Shown piece by piece: positions 29,304-42,707 of a DNA stretch of 64,000 nt. The translations under genes were made by a program, and so were the position numbers. The notes beneath the pieces are model-generated. The model was not told the origin of the DNA and did no database searches. It saw only the letters and a list, made by a program, of their open reading frames with translations. This DNA is from the human T2T-CHM13v2.0 reference genome, Homo sapiens. The stretch lies in NCBI RefSeq assembly GCF_009914755.1, contig NC_060928.1; one strand, written 5' to 3'. The stretch's first letter is position 1; every line of letters begins with the position of its first letter.

Positions 29304-29505
29304 AAGGATGTTTTTATATATATATAAAACATCCTTATATATATAACATTATATATATAAACATATATATTACATTATATATAACATTATATATTATTAT
29401 ATTATTATATATTATTATATATAATGTTATATATAATGTAACATATAATGTTCTATATAAAGTAACATATATAATGTTATATATAACATTATATATACAT
29501 ATATT
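29304..29505. repeat. (TA)n-derived AT-rich tract with internal inverted repeats
   Basis: atataacattatat and its reverse complement atataatgttatat each occur more than once. Confidence 0.9.
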
Positions 29506-29934
29506 TATCATTATGCTATGATAATTTTGTACTTTACCATTTCAGATAATTTAGTCAAGATATTCTGAGCCTGGGAGAACAAACACAGCACTAATATTAC
29601 TAAAATTCAATGATTTCAAAATTTTAATTGTTTCTAGATAAAATGAATAAAATGCTTTACTCCTTAAAAACAACTTTCTTATTATTTTAGAATGTGTACA
29701 GCTTATTGAATTGACAACGCAATAACCTATGACAAAATAATTTTTCTCAATTTTAGCATCCAGTATTAATCACTGGAGAGCAGTACAGAGAATTCTTATT
29801 TCATTTTGTTTCTCTGTGAACAGAATGATTGAAATGTCAGAGTTTTGTTCTCTTCTTTTCATTTTCTCTTTTTAAAATAACAAATATTTATTATTTTATG
29901 ATTTCTGAAAGTTAAGGATTCAGAAGAGTATTAA

Positions 29935-30283
29935 TTAATAGTTGTGGCTCAGGGTCCCTTATGAGGCTGCAGTCAAGGTAAGGCCTGAATTTACAGTCAT
30001 CTGAAGGCTTTTCCAGGGCTTGAGTACCCACTTCCATGATGGCTCGGCTATTAGCAGAAAAGCTTTAGCTTTGGGTTACATGGCCCTGTCAGTGGTGCTA
30101 TTTGGATATCCTTCAAGTGATTCAAGACAGTAAAATTCAGTTTTTGAAGTCTCATACTCTCTTTTCTGCAATATCTTACTTGTTACACAGGTCAGCAACA
30201 TTCGTTGTGGAAGAGACCAATACATTATTGTGAATACCAGGAGGCAGAGATCACTGAGGCCTTTTAAAAGGCTGGCTACCACA
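29935..30283 (-). mobile_element. MLT1 (F/G/H-like) LTR, partial
   Basis: 'tgaggctgcagtcaagg..cagtcatctgaaggc..cttccatgatggctc..aggctggctaccaca'. Confidence 0.7.
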
Positions 30284-31574
30284 GGGAAGTGCTATCTTCT
30301 ACTTTCTTATTTGGTTTATGAAATCTCCCAGATGCTCATTTATTTCCTTCCCCTTCCAGGTGGCTGTAATGAAATGACCCTCAGAGTGACCTCGGACCCA
30401 CATGTTGAATGTGGTGGCACCTTCATTAGCTTGGGTCCTGAATTTTGTTATTTTATTTATCAGTATTGTTACAATAGGTGTCAGAAAAAATATGTATATA
30501 ATCTAAAATTACTTTTTAAAATCAGATAGCTTATTTATATCACAATAACCATTTTTTTACTCATTTCCTGACTGTATTCTGACATTGTTTTAAAATTATT
30601 TTAGTATAATATTTGACTTTTATTGGGCAAAACATGTTTGATCACTGTGGGAATTTAAGTTAGCAAACATGCAAAGATGAAGAAGTAGGGTCATCTCCCC
30701 ATCCAAATGGAATCCCTTGGTGCAAAGTAAGGTTAATTAAGATGAATATACAAGGTCAAAAATTTAAACACCTTGGACCATATAAATCAGATATCAAAGC
30801 CAGGAAATATAATTAAAACAACAAAGCAAAGAAGTCAAAATAAGTGGAGTGGATTTAGATTGGGTCTTATTGACATTGCATGGTAAGGGTCAGACTGTGG
30901 AAAGGTTGTCAATGGATCTTGAGCCTGTAGAATATGAGAGGTATCCTTGTAGGCATGGATAAACATGTCTAATCAAACAAGAATAAACCAGTGCCAGAGT
31001 TTGAGGAAGAAAAATGGTGTCAGAACTGACAGCTTTGTCAAAAATGCAAGGCCAAACATCCAAGTCAAAGCAGTTAATTTAGGCTTCAGTAAACTTCTCA
31101 GATCCAGACACAATGCAAACACAGATAAAAGTCAAAACCAAAAATATACATGTCTGTTTGAAAATAACGTAGAAGAGCAAAGCAAAATGGTAAGGAGGAC
31201 AAACAAAGGAAACTATCAAAATGATTAAGGAGCATATGAAAAAGCATCTACCTCATTAGTTACCAACAAACACAAAACAAACCCTCATCTAGACAGCATT
31301 ATAATATTATAATGGCTAAAATTGAAAATGTAAAATACTGACCATAACAGATGCTAGAGAATATGTGAAGCATTAGAGATTACTATGCACTACTGGTTGA
31401 GGTTTTAAATTAGTACAACTTGGTGAGAAAATAAAAGTCAAGATTTTTTGAAGAATAAAATATGTGAAATAATTTAATTAGATTAATTGTAGGTTTTTAG
31501 AAAAGAAACTTTGTCAACATATGCTAAATGCTATAATAGTCTCCAAAATTGCAGTAGGTTAACACTTTGGAGTA

Positions 31575-32245
31575 ATATTCTGTAGCAAAACTTTCTGCAA
31601 TGAGAATATTCTATATGTTATATTAACTCAGCCTCAACTTGCCTCTGTACTTTGAATCTCTATATAGAAAATTGTAACTTAATTTAGTATGTAAACAAGT
31701 TGTATACTAATTTAAGGTTATATTTTCTTTAGAGTAACAAATAGCAGAGTCTTAGCCAATCATAGCAGCTAAGCTTCAGCCAATCCCAGGTTGTCAGTCA
31801 ATCAAATCATGTCCATATAAAACAAATGCCTCAGTATACCATGACCAAGTAAAGCAAATATTGAGGTGTAACCAATCTGTCTATATATCACTTCCTTTTT
31901 CCGTCTATAAATACCGCTTGCACGCATTGCTGAGTGGAGCTTTCTGAACTTTTCCTAGTTCTGAATGCTGCCCAATTTGTGAATTATTCTTTGTTCAAGG
32001 AAACTCTGCTAAATTTAATTTGTCTAAAGTTTTACTTTTGACATATATATGTGTGAGTGTATAATATCTGTATATATTCTGTCTAATATGTTAGCCACTT
32101 GCTAGCTATATGTAGCTACTGAGTACTTGAAATGTGGCTAGAGTGGTTGTGTAACTAAAATTTCAATATTATTTAATTTTAATACATTTAAATTTAAATT
32201 TTAGTACCTAATGTGGCTAGTGGCTACTGTATAAGACAGCAAAGT
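31575..32245 (+). mobile_element. MER3 hAT DNA transposon split by a MER57-like LTR
   Basis: 'aactttctgcaatgagaatattctata' resumes after the LTR as 'ctgtctaatatgttagccact..gagtacttgaaatgtggctag..gtggctagtggctactgt'. Confidence 0.75.
31616..32043 (+). mobile_element. MER57-family ERV1 solo LTR
   Basis: TG...CA ends; repeated 'gccaatc'/'accaatc' boxes; TATAAA at ~31906; ending 'aaatttaatttgtctaaagttttacttttgaca'; 4-bp TSD tata/tata. Confidence 0.8.
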
Positions 32246-32399
32246 GTTAGAATATGATTTCCTACCTACCTAACACTTCAAAACAATTATTTGGCACCTG
32301 CATTCCACACTATGATATAGAGACGAGGCTCAATGCATCTTATGATTATTCGACTCTTTGTGATATGATATATCCTTTAATCAAGCATCTTTATCTTGC

Positions 32400-32610
32400 A
32401 CATAAACAGAGAAATAAAAGATCATACATGGGAACTTGTTTATCATCTAAGACTCAGAATGGCACACATCACATCTTCTCACCATCCATTGGTCAGAACA
32501 TGATTATACAACCATACCTTGCTATAAGAGAGGCTGGGAAATTACAGGTTAGTAATTATGCCCAACAGAAAAATGAAATACGTCTTGGTAACACATAGTA
32601 GTGTCTCTCA
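32400..32610 (-). mobile_element. Old MLT1 (J/K-like) LTR fragment
   Basis: 'tggcacacatcac..ccattggtcagaac..gaggctgggaaat'. Confidence 0.55.
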
Positions 32611-32928
32611 CAGACAGCGTGGTATTAGAAAGGCAGTATAACCTGAAAAATTGAAAGCCCAACTCTGGATTCAAATGTCTGGGTTCCAACTTGCTTTACC
32701 ATGTACTCTGTCATCTTAGAAAAATTATTTAGAATCTCTCCCTCTCAACTGTTAACCAGGGATAATGTGAATCCTACCTGTAAGAGTCTGTTTCTTTCCA
32801 CCATAGCCTGGTTAACTGGTAGGAGGTATAGTAAAAATAAAGGTATTTTCTAAATGTTGGTTAAGTACATAGATATTTAGGGTAAAAAAAAGTTCCAACC
32901 TCCTAAGTGGTTATAAAATTAAATGATT

Positions 32929-33072
32929 ATGCCTGTAGTTCCAGCTACTTGGGAAGCTGAGGTGTGAGGATCACCTGAGCCTGTGAGATTGAGGTTGCAG
33001 TGAGCCTGATGGTGTCACTGCACTTCAACCTGGGTGACAGAGTAAAACCCTGTTTCAAAAAAAGGAAAAAAA
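32929..33072 (+). mobile_element. Alu right monomer (FRAM/AluJ-like) inserted in a MIR remnant
   Basis: 'atgcctgtagttccagctacttgggaagctgagg..cctgggtgacagag' plus A tail; MIR-like flanks at 32612-32780 and 33085-33160. Confidence 0.8.
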
Positions 33073-33169
33073 AGATTAAGTGGTTAAATATTTATAAAGT
33101 ACTTAGGACAGCATCTGGTACCTTTACCAAGTTAAATTACCATTTTATTATTACTATTTTTAGTCTCAT

Positions 33170-33950
33170 GATAGACAAACAAATGGGTAAGATTAGAGAG
33201 CCCAGAACCAGAAGATAACATAGGTATGGAAACTTTTTAAATGACAAGTGTAAAATTAAATGTCAGTAGCTATTTTGAGACAATTGGTGATACATAAAGA
33301 GAAATAAATTTAGATTCATTCAACATGCCAAAAGTGAAATAAACTTAAATGGCTTACAATAATCAATATAGAGACAAAACTCAATGTAAAATGTAAAAAT
33401 TTTAGACAATTTACTTGGTAAATAGAAAAAGTTTTCTTTGACATAAAGCAGAAAAAAATTGTAATATAAAGATTGATTAATTCAATTGCTATTTGATGAA
33501 ATTAATTAAAATCCAGCAGGCTTACACTCTTTTACCTGGGGATTTTATTTCTACATATATTCTCTAGAAAAAGCCACAAATAGGCACAATAACTTACATG
33601 CACTTGTTTTCCATTATAGCATAGTTTATGAGAAAAAATTCAAATAGCTTAAATGTCCATCAACAGTTTTTGAATAAATATATGTTGAAATATCCATCCA
33701 ATGGAATTCTACTGAGGAATTAAAATAAATCAACTAGTACTATATATATTAACTTGGTACCTAAGAAAGGTACCATGAAATGAAAGAAACAAAATTTAAG
33801 ATGGCATATTAGGTAAGAATCATTTATGGAAAGATTTAGATATGCATAACAATATCAGATAAGGTTTATGTAAAAGTGTGTAAACACGCATGGGATACTG
33901 AACTCTGAATTCATTATAAAAACGACTTGGGGAAAGGGAGAAATTATCAT
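33170..33950 (+). mobile_element. Decayed L1ME-class 3' region
   Basis: 'tatagcatagtttatgagaaaaaattcaaatagcttaaatgtccatcaacag', 'catccaatggaattctact'. Confidence 0.55.
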
Positions 33951-36236
33951 GGGGTTTGACATGATGCAGAGGGGCCTTTGAAGAATTAATAAAAATAATC
34001 TGAATAAGACACTACATGTTGTGTAGATTAATAAGGCTGAGCATATTATTCTTTTCTACACATTTAAATTAGCCTCCACAATAGAAAATGATTCAAGGCC
34101 AAAAACAAGTGCAAGAAATGATACATATCCAAATGACATCATAGAGTATTTGACTGTTCAAAGACAAACATCACCAGTGCAAAGTCTCCACCCCTCTTAA
34201 GATCCTACTACCCTGAGTAGGATTAGGATTAGGAGAAAAATGTAAATGGAATTCTGATTCCCAGATTTCATTAGCACAAAATGTGCTATCTCTCTATCAT
34301 CTATCTGTCTTAATTATTGTTTACTAGATATCTATATTCAAGAAAGACAGGTGTTAACAAGAGACAAAAGTCAGAAACATAATGTTGAAATCAAGTCTTA
34401 TATAAGGACTATGATTCATTTTAAATAATCCCTTAATGTTCATGCCATTTTATTCATAACTGTTTGTATTCTATTTTAACCTTTTTTATGACTTACTAAA
34501 TCTCAATAGTATAGACTCCTAAGTAAAAGGTCACCTAAAAAAAGGCTCTCAAAAACATGTTTACTGAATGCATTATAATAAAAATCATGGGTTACATAAA
34601 ATAATCTAAAGGTCATATCGCTCACCATAATTCCATTAATATCTTATCTAACCTGCACATTTAAAATACCTGGAATTGAAAATTCAAAATGTTTTCCCAG
34701 TTGTCAGTTTATAGAAATATACTCTCATCAAGGTAGCATCATCTTCAATCAAAAATATCTCAAAAGAAAATAGTAGTTTAATGAAAATTTGGAAAAAAGT
34801 AAAACAGATATCCAAATAATGCTTAACATTAATTAATTAAGGCAAAAATATGAACTCCCTTACATGCGCACAAACAAAAATTTTAATTTCTTTAATTCAC
34901 TTCCAAGTTTTTTCTTTTGGAACTTCTACTAGTCTATTTTTCTAAAGGTTATTTCAATTTAATTGTTTATCTTTTTAAGCAGGAGAAAAAGTAATAAAAC
35001 AATAAAATGTATTTATTTATAAGATGTATCTACATTACATGTCTAAAGTTAGAGCTAGATATTTAACTTGGAAAATTTTTCTATTATTTTCTAATCCACA
35101 TATCAGCATAAAATTAGGACATCTCATTTATTATTTCTAACATTTATAATATGCACAGTTTACTAATAAAATTTCAGAATGTATAAAAGAGAAGTACTAT
35201 TTAACACAACAATGAGAAAAAAATTATGCTTTAGCAGCCCTCCAGAATTGCAGAAATCAGAATTCAACTGGTTTTACATTACAGTAGAATATTTTACGGA
35301 AATAAATATTAGTCTACATAAATCTCTAATGAGTACATTACAATCAGCAGTGTATAGTCATGAAAATAAAATGTTATTGATGTGCCTATTGACTATGAAT
35401 GTAATGATAGAAAAGAGGTATTTAGAATCCACCAAAGATTAATAATTTTTGAAAAATTCACTAAATGTAACTTTCAAACAGCAGTCTTTGAAGTTCAGAT
35501 ATTGAAAATAGTGTACTTGTCAAAGAAGACAGTCGAATATATTAGTACTAAATAAGAGACTTAATCTCATTTGTTAGTGGGAATACTTCAGTCTTCCTTT
35601 ATAATCACTCTTGATTCTGAAGGGTAAAAAGAATGCTCAGATATGCAAATTTGGAAGGGCTAGCTAGGCATGCTTATCTTATCTCGAGCCTCTTTTTTCT
35701 TGCAGTTAAGTACATATAGATGGAGATCCTGCTTTGCTCTGCTCCAAAAGGGCAAATCCATATTACATCAAGTGACACTTTTTGAAGGTGGATAAATATA
35801 TTTAATTCTAATATGTACTTAACAGAACCATCTGGCTGCCTCATTATGTCCTTCTACCTGATCTCTGTCAAAACTGTATTTGACATTTCCATTTTTATCT
35901 TGATTCCTTAGGTATATTTCTCATATCTAAAGAGCATGGTTGAAATTGAGAGATGCCATGTATTGGAGACGACTTCAGGGACTGCAACACTGCTCAGTCA
36001 TAAAAATTCACCTCATCATTTTATAAAGTGTAATTACCTGTTTCCTAAACTCATTTCTTAATTTATTTTACTAATAAGGGATGGAAAACAGCTTTTATAA
36101 TTGCAACATCATTGATTTATCAGTTCCGGTACTAATATAATCTATACATATTTCTAAATGTATGGGAGGCAAGCAAAAAGGATCTTGGCCCAGTAGAATG
36201 TTTGAGTACCATTAGTTTTCTAATGATAATTTAGAA

Positions 36237-36569
36237 CAGAGTTCAGTAAACTATGGCCTGGGGGCTAACTATTGCCAGTCTCCTACTTTTGATGCTAAAT
36301 TCTTATTGGAACAGAGGTACATTCAGTAATTTGTTACTAGCACTCCAGTGTGAAAAGGAAACCTATGTAACTGAAATAAACACGCACACACACAAAACAT
36401 GGGATAGAAAATAAGTCCTGGAAGGAAAGCCTGAAAATAAAGTAATTTTTGTTTGACCACTTTCATGCTGCAATGGCAGAGTTGAGGAGTTGTGACAAAT
36501 AAAATATGGTCTGCAAGCCATAAAATATTTACTCTATGGTTCTGTATAAAGAAAGTTTGCTGACCTCTA
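36237..36569 (+). mobile_element. MER58A hAT element with ~110 bp internal insertion
   Basis: 'cagagttcagtaaactatggcc' through 'aaaatatttactctatgg..aaagtttgctgacctct'; TSD-like atttagaa / gtttaaaa. Confidence 0.75.
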
Positions 36570-37215
36570 GTTTAAAAGAGCAACCTAAAGACAGAAAGAA
36601 TAAGTGTTCTGTGTGGACTGTTGTTTTTGTGAGATATCTTGTTTACTTACATTCTGCCTGGCCTATGTTCTTGCTTGCTAATTTGTATGGTAGACTCATT
36701 GATAAATCTCTATAATATCAGTTGTACTAAGAGGTTTTAATGTATCCTTTATGTTTCAAGAATAATTGGGTTTACACAGTCTATATATTTTAATCATATA
36801 CAAATGGGAATATATTTTCTGAAGTCACTAGTTTGTCTTCAATGGTAGGTAAACCTAGACTGCTGACATATTAGCTGGTGGACAGTAATTAGTTTAGAAA
36901 GTTAATCAATTGTGCTGAGGGCTGAAAAGGTGAGGTGTGCTTGCAATTTAGAATGGTATTTGTTTTTTGTATATAATTATTTTTTGTTGGTGCAACCAAA
37001 TCACACATCCAACAAAGCTAGCTATTCTTTTTTTAATGTGAATGATTGTATGCTGAAATAATCTATGGATGACAAGTCAACCTCCCAGAATAAGGCAGTA
37101 TTTTCCAATAGAGTTTCACAATATCCTACCCAAATTAACTTCAATTAAATTCCATTGCTACAAATGCCATGAGTGTGAAGTTGGCCAAATAAAATTTATT
37201 AATCAATGCTACCTA

Positions 37216-37561
<346 letters not shown>

Positions 37562-37704
37562 GGGGGGAAAAACATCGTTAATAAATGTCACATTAATGGA
37601 TTTCTTCCATAACATGCTGTATACCTCAAAGAATACTGCCACTAATTTGACTACAGCTTCTGGTGCATTACTAGTGAATAAACTCCAAAATAGAAACATT
37701 TTCC

Positions 37705-37970
37705 ATTTTTAATCAACTTTATTGAAGTGTAACTTACAAACAATAAAATGTACTTATGTTTAGAGTCGGTGAGTTTTGATAAATGTGTATACCCACATAT
37801 TGATATAGATACAGACCATTTTCATCACCTACAAATTTTACTTCTGTTTCTATGTTATTAATCTTCCTACCTCCTTTATAGTCCACTGTGAGTAGTGGCT
37901 TTTTGTCATTGCAGTATAGGTTTACTAGGATTTCCATATGGGAATTTCTTTCCAGAGTTTTGCACACAGA
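37705..37970 (-). mobile_element. L1ME/MC-class 3' end
   Basis: 'tcaactttattgaagtgtaacttacaaacaataaaatgtact..gagttttgataaatgtgtataccc'. Confidence 0.7.
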
Positions 37971-38112
37971 CATATATACATACACATGCACACTTATATA
38001 TATATATATATCTATATGTATATTCTTATATGCATGTAACAAATACACATATATTCTTATATGCATATAACATACATATATACATATGTTTTACGTATTT
38101 GTTTTATATATA
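37970..38112. repeat. (TA/CA)-rich simple repeat
   Basis: (TA)n core with duplicated 'atattcttatatgcat'. Confidence 0.85.
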
Positions 38113-40489
38113 AAACAAATCCCAAATTTCAATAAAAAATAAAACTAGACAAGTCAGGAAAGGAGAAAGAATATAATTCTGCTGTGAAAGTTAGTAATTA
38201 GTCAACATAGATATATTATTAGTGGAGTCAAATGATACGCAAAATGAAAATAAGAGGCAGAAATGCCAAGAGGCAGAATCCAAAGTTAGGCTGACATTTC
38301 AGGGATCAAAGTTAGAGCAGGTGAAAGAGAAGAAGTCATGATGTAATCAGTCAGTTTTGCTTGTAGTTTTTTGCCATACTATAAATGGGTTTGTTGCCTT
38401 TTCTGCTGTTAAAGGGGAACCATTCTTAAAGATCAAAAAATCTTTACAAATTTTAATCTTAGTAGAGTTTATACAAATCCAAAGAATAGTATTAGAAGAT
38501 ATAAATTTTGGAAGCAAAATAAGTCTTTATACTGGCGATTTTAACACGTGATTCTGTGCAGTGCTTGTAATTTTTCTAGATCAGAATGCTATGCTATTCA
38601 AATACTCTAAAGTCATAAAGATTACATAACCTTGACACTCAACTCCACAGAGTATAATAGAGAAAATGAAATCTATAAGCCATCTCACTTATGAGATAAG
38701 ACACCAAAATTACCAGCAAAATACTAGCAAATGGAACTCAGCAATAGATTTTTAAAAAGGACATTATATCATGTTGAATCTGGGTTCATATTATGATTAG
38801 AATGTGAATGAACAGTAGAAATTAAAGTAGCAGAAAATTCATCTGACAAACTTAGTTTTGCAGAAAAATAACTTGATGCAATTCAATGCTTATCTATAGT
38901 TTAAAAATTCTTTCAAACAGAATTTAAAATTTGCTAGCATGCATGCACTTTTGTATTTCTTTTATTGCCAAGAGAAAAGCTTCCCATGGGTAATTCTGGC
39001 CCTTCAGTACAGGGCCCAGAATAAGAAAGGTTTAGCAAAGTTGCTCTACCACAGTCCAGCTGAGCTTACCTAAAGATATCCATCTATCACAACATGAATT
39101 TAAAATGAACGTATAATTTTTCTGTTTCACCAGGAGTTAATGATTGATTATTGTGCAGCAAAACCTGATAGATATTTTTATTTCTCTTCCATCCTTCTTC
39201 AACATCAAAATTCCTTTTAATTCTTATCATCATTGTGTTCCCCTCCTTGTGAATGGATGCATTGTAAATATATACTAAGATTACCACAATATTTTGCATA
39301 ACAGACCCTTTTGCTTTGTCCTCTCATTTGTCACTCTCCTTTATTTCTGCTCTTTATACCATGTAATACATAACATGTTATTTTGAAATATATAATTTAG
39401 AAGGTATTTCTATTAAAGTATTTTCATTCAGTGGGTGGTAAATGGTGTCTAGGGAAATTGCAATGAGTTAAAGTAGAGTTCCTTGTATAATGTATTATAT
39501 ATTATATAACTAATTTTACTCTCCTTAAAATAAATATTTTCCAAAAATAATCAAATATCAATTTTGAATAAGATTCTTTTGTATAAATGTATTTCACATA
39601 TGCTCATACTGGGATTAATTATACATCATAAGAAAGAAAATAAACTAATTTGATGTTTTTAAAATCAGTATAGATTTTGCACCATTTAAATTATAAATTT
39701 GACATAAGTAAAAAATGACAGAGACTGTGAAAATGGCTGTGAGATTCCACAATGGTCTGACAGTTTTGAGAGGTCTCAAATAATTTATAATTTGATTCAT
39801 GTGCTGCTTTCTTAAGAGTGCATTTAAATTTTTTATTCACAGTTTTATGAGAAAATTAATTATTAATTTATTTTTATATATTGATCATATTTTAATATAA
39901 TGATCAAAAAAGACTGCTCAAACAGATCATTATAAAAAACTTTCAACCATATATACATCTTCAATGATGTTTCTTTCCCTCAAGTCTGCTCTTGTAATAA
40001 TTTTAATGCGTTTTTATTTCTTTAGTGAATCCTAATAATATCTTTTCCTTTTTTTAGGTATTTTATATTACATATTCTTAGAAACATCCATTATAAATTT
40101 TTTAATAAATAAATTTAAACTAAGAAACCAAACTCTCCATATATCTCAATATAATAAACAAGTATCTACTCTGTCCCCAGTGTCTCAGCTATTGTTCAAG
40201 GGGTGATGTACATAACCCAATGAATAACGTTCCAGTTCTTTACCCACTGTGTTTATAATCTGTAGTAAACTTACACACTAGAGGCATTATACAATCATAA
40301 TTAAGGGAATAGACAAAGAGACCATGCTTGAATTTTGCCTCTGAAACTCATAGCTGAGTGATAGTGAAAATGTTTCTTAAATTTCCTGCACTTAAGTTTC
40401 TTCAAAAATAAAATGAGGATTATTTTGTGAATTAAATACAATAATATGGTAAAATAACATAAATCCTATTTGAGTGCTTTTATTACTGA

Positions 40490-41050
40490 GACAGATAATT
40501 AACATAATACATAATTTATAATTATATTTAAAGTTTAGAAGCATCAAAGTTGGCGGTAGGACTATAATTTTTTAAGGTATCCAGAGTAGACCTCATCAAG
40601 AATATGTAATTTAATCAAAAATGGATGGAGGTGAGCTATGTGGATATGTAGGGGAAGATCATTCTAGAAAAAGGGAATAGCCATTGCCAAATCCTCAGCT
40701 GTATTTGAGGAACACTAAGGAGTACAGGACACAACCATAGTGAGCCAGAGAAAAGACAGTAAGAGGTGAAGTCATGGGATTACTAAAATCCCAGACACTG
40801 TAGGGCCTTGTAGACCATTAAAAGATGTATGGTTTTTACTCTAGTATGTAGAGAATTACTGGAGGATATTTTGTGAGGAAGCAACATGATATCATTAATG
40901 TTTTAACTAGATAATGCTGTCAATTCTGTGAAATCGAATGTAAGGGAAGCAGAAAGAGTAATTAACAACCATAACAATAGTCCCCACGAACATTTATGGA
41001 GATCACAGAGGAGACTTTGTCACTGAAATGCTGAGAAATGGTCATCTTCT
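40490..41050 (-). mobile_element. L2 fragment (MIR remnant immediately upstream)
   Basis: 'gaggtgagctatgtggatatgtaggggaagatcattctag', 'gtagggccttgtagacca..tttttactct'. Confidence 0.7.
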
Positions 41051-41079
41051 GGAATAAATATTTATTTTGAATTTTTCAG

Positions 41080-41700
41080 ATCAGCCCTTAAAAGTAACTC
41101 TAAACAATTGCGAGAATTAAACAACAGAAATAATATAAAAATAACCAAATGAATATTCTGTAGCTGGAAAATTATAATAATTAAGACAAAGATCTTTATG
41201 AATCTTTAATCAATATAAGTAACTAAAAGAGCAGGTACTGTACTGGATTTAGCCAAAAGCCTGAGAAGTGATAGTAAATGAAGGAGAATGAGCAAAAAGG
41301 GAATGTGAGAAGAATGTATCCAGATTAAATTATGGAAAAACAAAAATAAAATGTACGTACAGAGAAAAGACTAAAAATCATATGAGATAATACAAAAATG
41401 TCTAACACACCTGAAAATTAAATACCAGGGACAGAGAAGTTAGAGAAAATGCAGAAATTATGTTTCGAGGAATAAGGGCTGATAATATTTGAAATCTGGT
41501 GAAAGACGGCAAACTACAGGTACAATTAATATTACAATATGTAAGAACAATATCAAGCATACCTAATCTGAACACACTGAATGAAAAAAAGTTAGAGAAA
41601 AAACAAAATATTTCCTCAACGGAGCAACGGGAAGACAGCTATCTTTAATAGAAAGTTTAGAAGCCCCCCAAAAAAATAAATTATCATCAAAATTCCCCTA
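41080..41700 (+). mobile_element. Old L1M ORF1-region fragment
   Basis: 'aaccaaatgaatattctgtagctggaaaattataata', 'tctaacacacctgaaaatt', 'ttatgtttcgaggaataagggctga'. Confidence 0.55.
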
Positions 41701-42631
41701 AAAAGTAATTGGTAGTCATCAGAAATATTTCTCTATTTAGGAGAAATTGGTCTATCAAAACTTTCTTTTTCAAAAACTATTGCCAATTTTGATAACTATA
41801 TTTTATAAGAAAATTATCCATTTTATCTAGCTTTTCAAAACCATTTGCATTGAATTGCACAAAGTAGTTTTGTTCGAAATTTTGCTTCTCTTTCAATCAT
41901 TTTCTTGGCATTGGTTTCATTTTGTATATTACAATTTCTATATATTTATATGTATATTTATACATTTCTATATATTTATATATATTTAAATTAAGATTCC
42001 TTGTGGTTTGTGTATACATTTTAATTTGGTCAAGAATCCAGCATTTTGATATATTAATTAATTCATTTGTTCTCATTCTACCTCATTAATTTCTGTGTAA
42101 ATTTCTAGCAAAATTTAGGCTTTATTATCAAGAAGTTTTTTGTCATTTTCTTTATTTCCTGGTTTTCATCAATTCTCTTTAAAATTCAACCTGTATTCTG
42201 TCAGTTTTCCTTTTTTTAAATTAGTTTATATATATATATAAATGATTGTTCTGGAAAAGTTATTTTAAGCTAGAACATGTTAGAATTATGTTCTGTGTGG
42301 TTGCTTGTTTTGGGTGGGGAGATTTTTTCATGAACTAAAATCATTTTTTGTTATTTTAATTTTTAAAATAGTTCTGTATAAATATTTCCTCCTATTTTTT
42401 ATTCATTTCTTGTAAAATTTGATCCTGTATAAAAAGTAATTGTTATATACAGAAGAAATGAGGGGTTGCAATGGCTAATGAGCTTTCTTTACAGTAGGGA
42501 AGGAGTTCTTTCATGTGTCTTCTGATTTTCCAACTCTCTGTGTTTCTGCAAGGCCTTTGGCCTCCTCTTGTTACCTTTTTTCTTTTGTCAGCCAAATATG
42601 TAAGGCAACTTCTTCCAAGTTGTCACCTTCT

Positions 42632-42707
42632 TTGCTCTAAATTATTTATTGTGCAAGATCCAAGAACCCTCTCTTGGAGTCTGGAGTGGGACCCCTTTCC
42701 TTTAACA
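42632..42707 (+). mobile_element. MER41-like LTR 3' (U5) end fragment
   Basis: 'gcaagatccaagaaccctctcttggagtctggagtgggacccctttcctttaaca' matches the recalled MER41 terminus. Confidence 0.75.

Noticed and set aside
35643-35650. Octamer motif ATGCAAAT (also near 18493 and 27747)
   Set aside because: Several hits are expected by chance in 64 kb of AT-rich sequence, with no supporting context.
37734-38113. Overlapping ORFs of 60-110 aa rich in I/Y/H
   Set aside because: Artefact of a stop-poor (TA/CA)n simple repeat.
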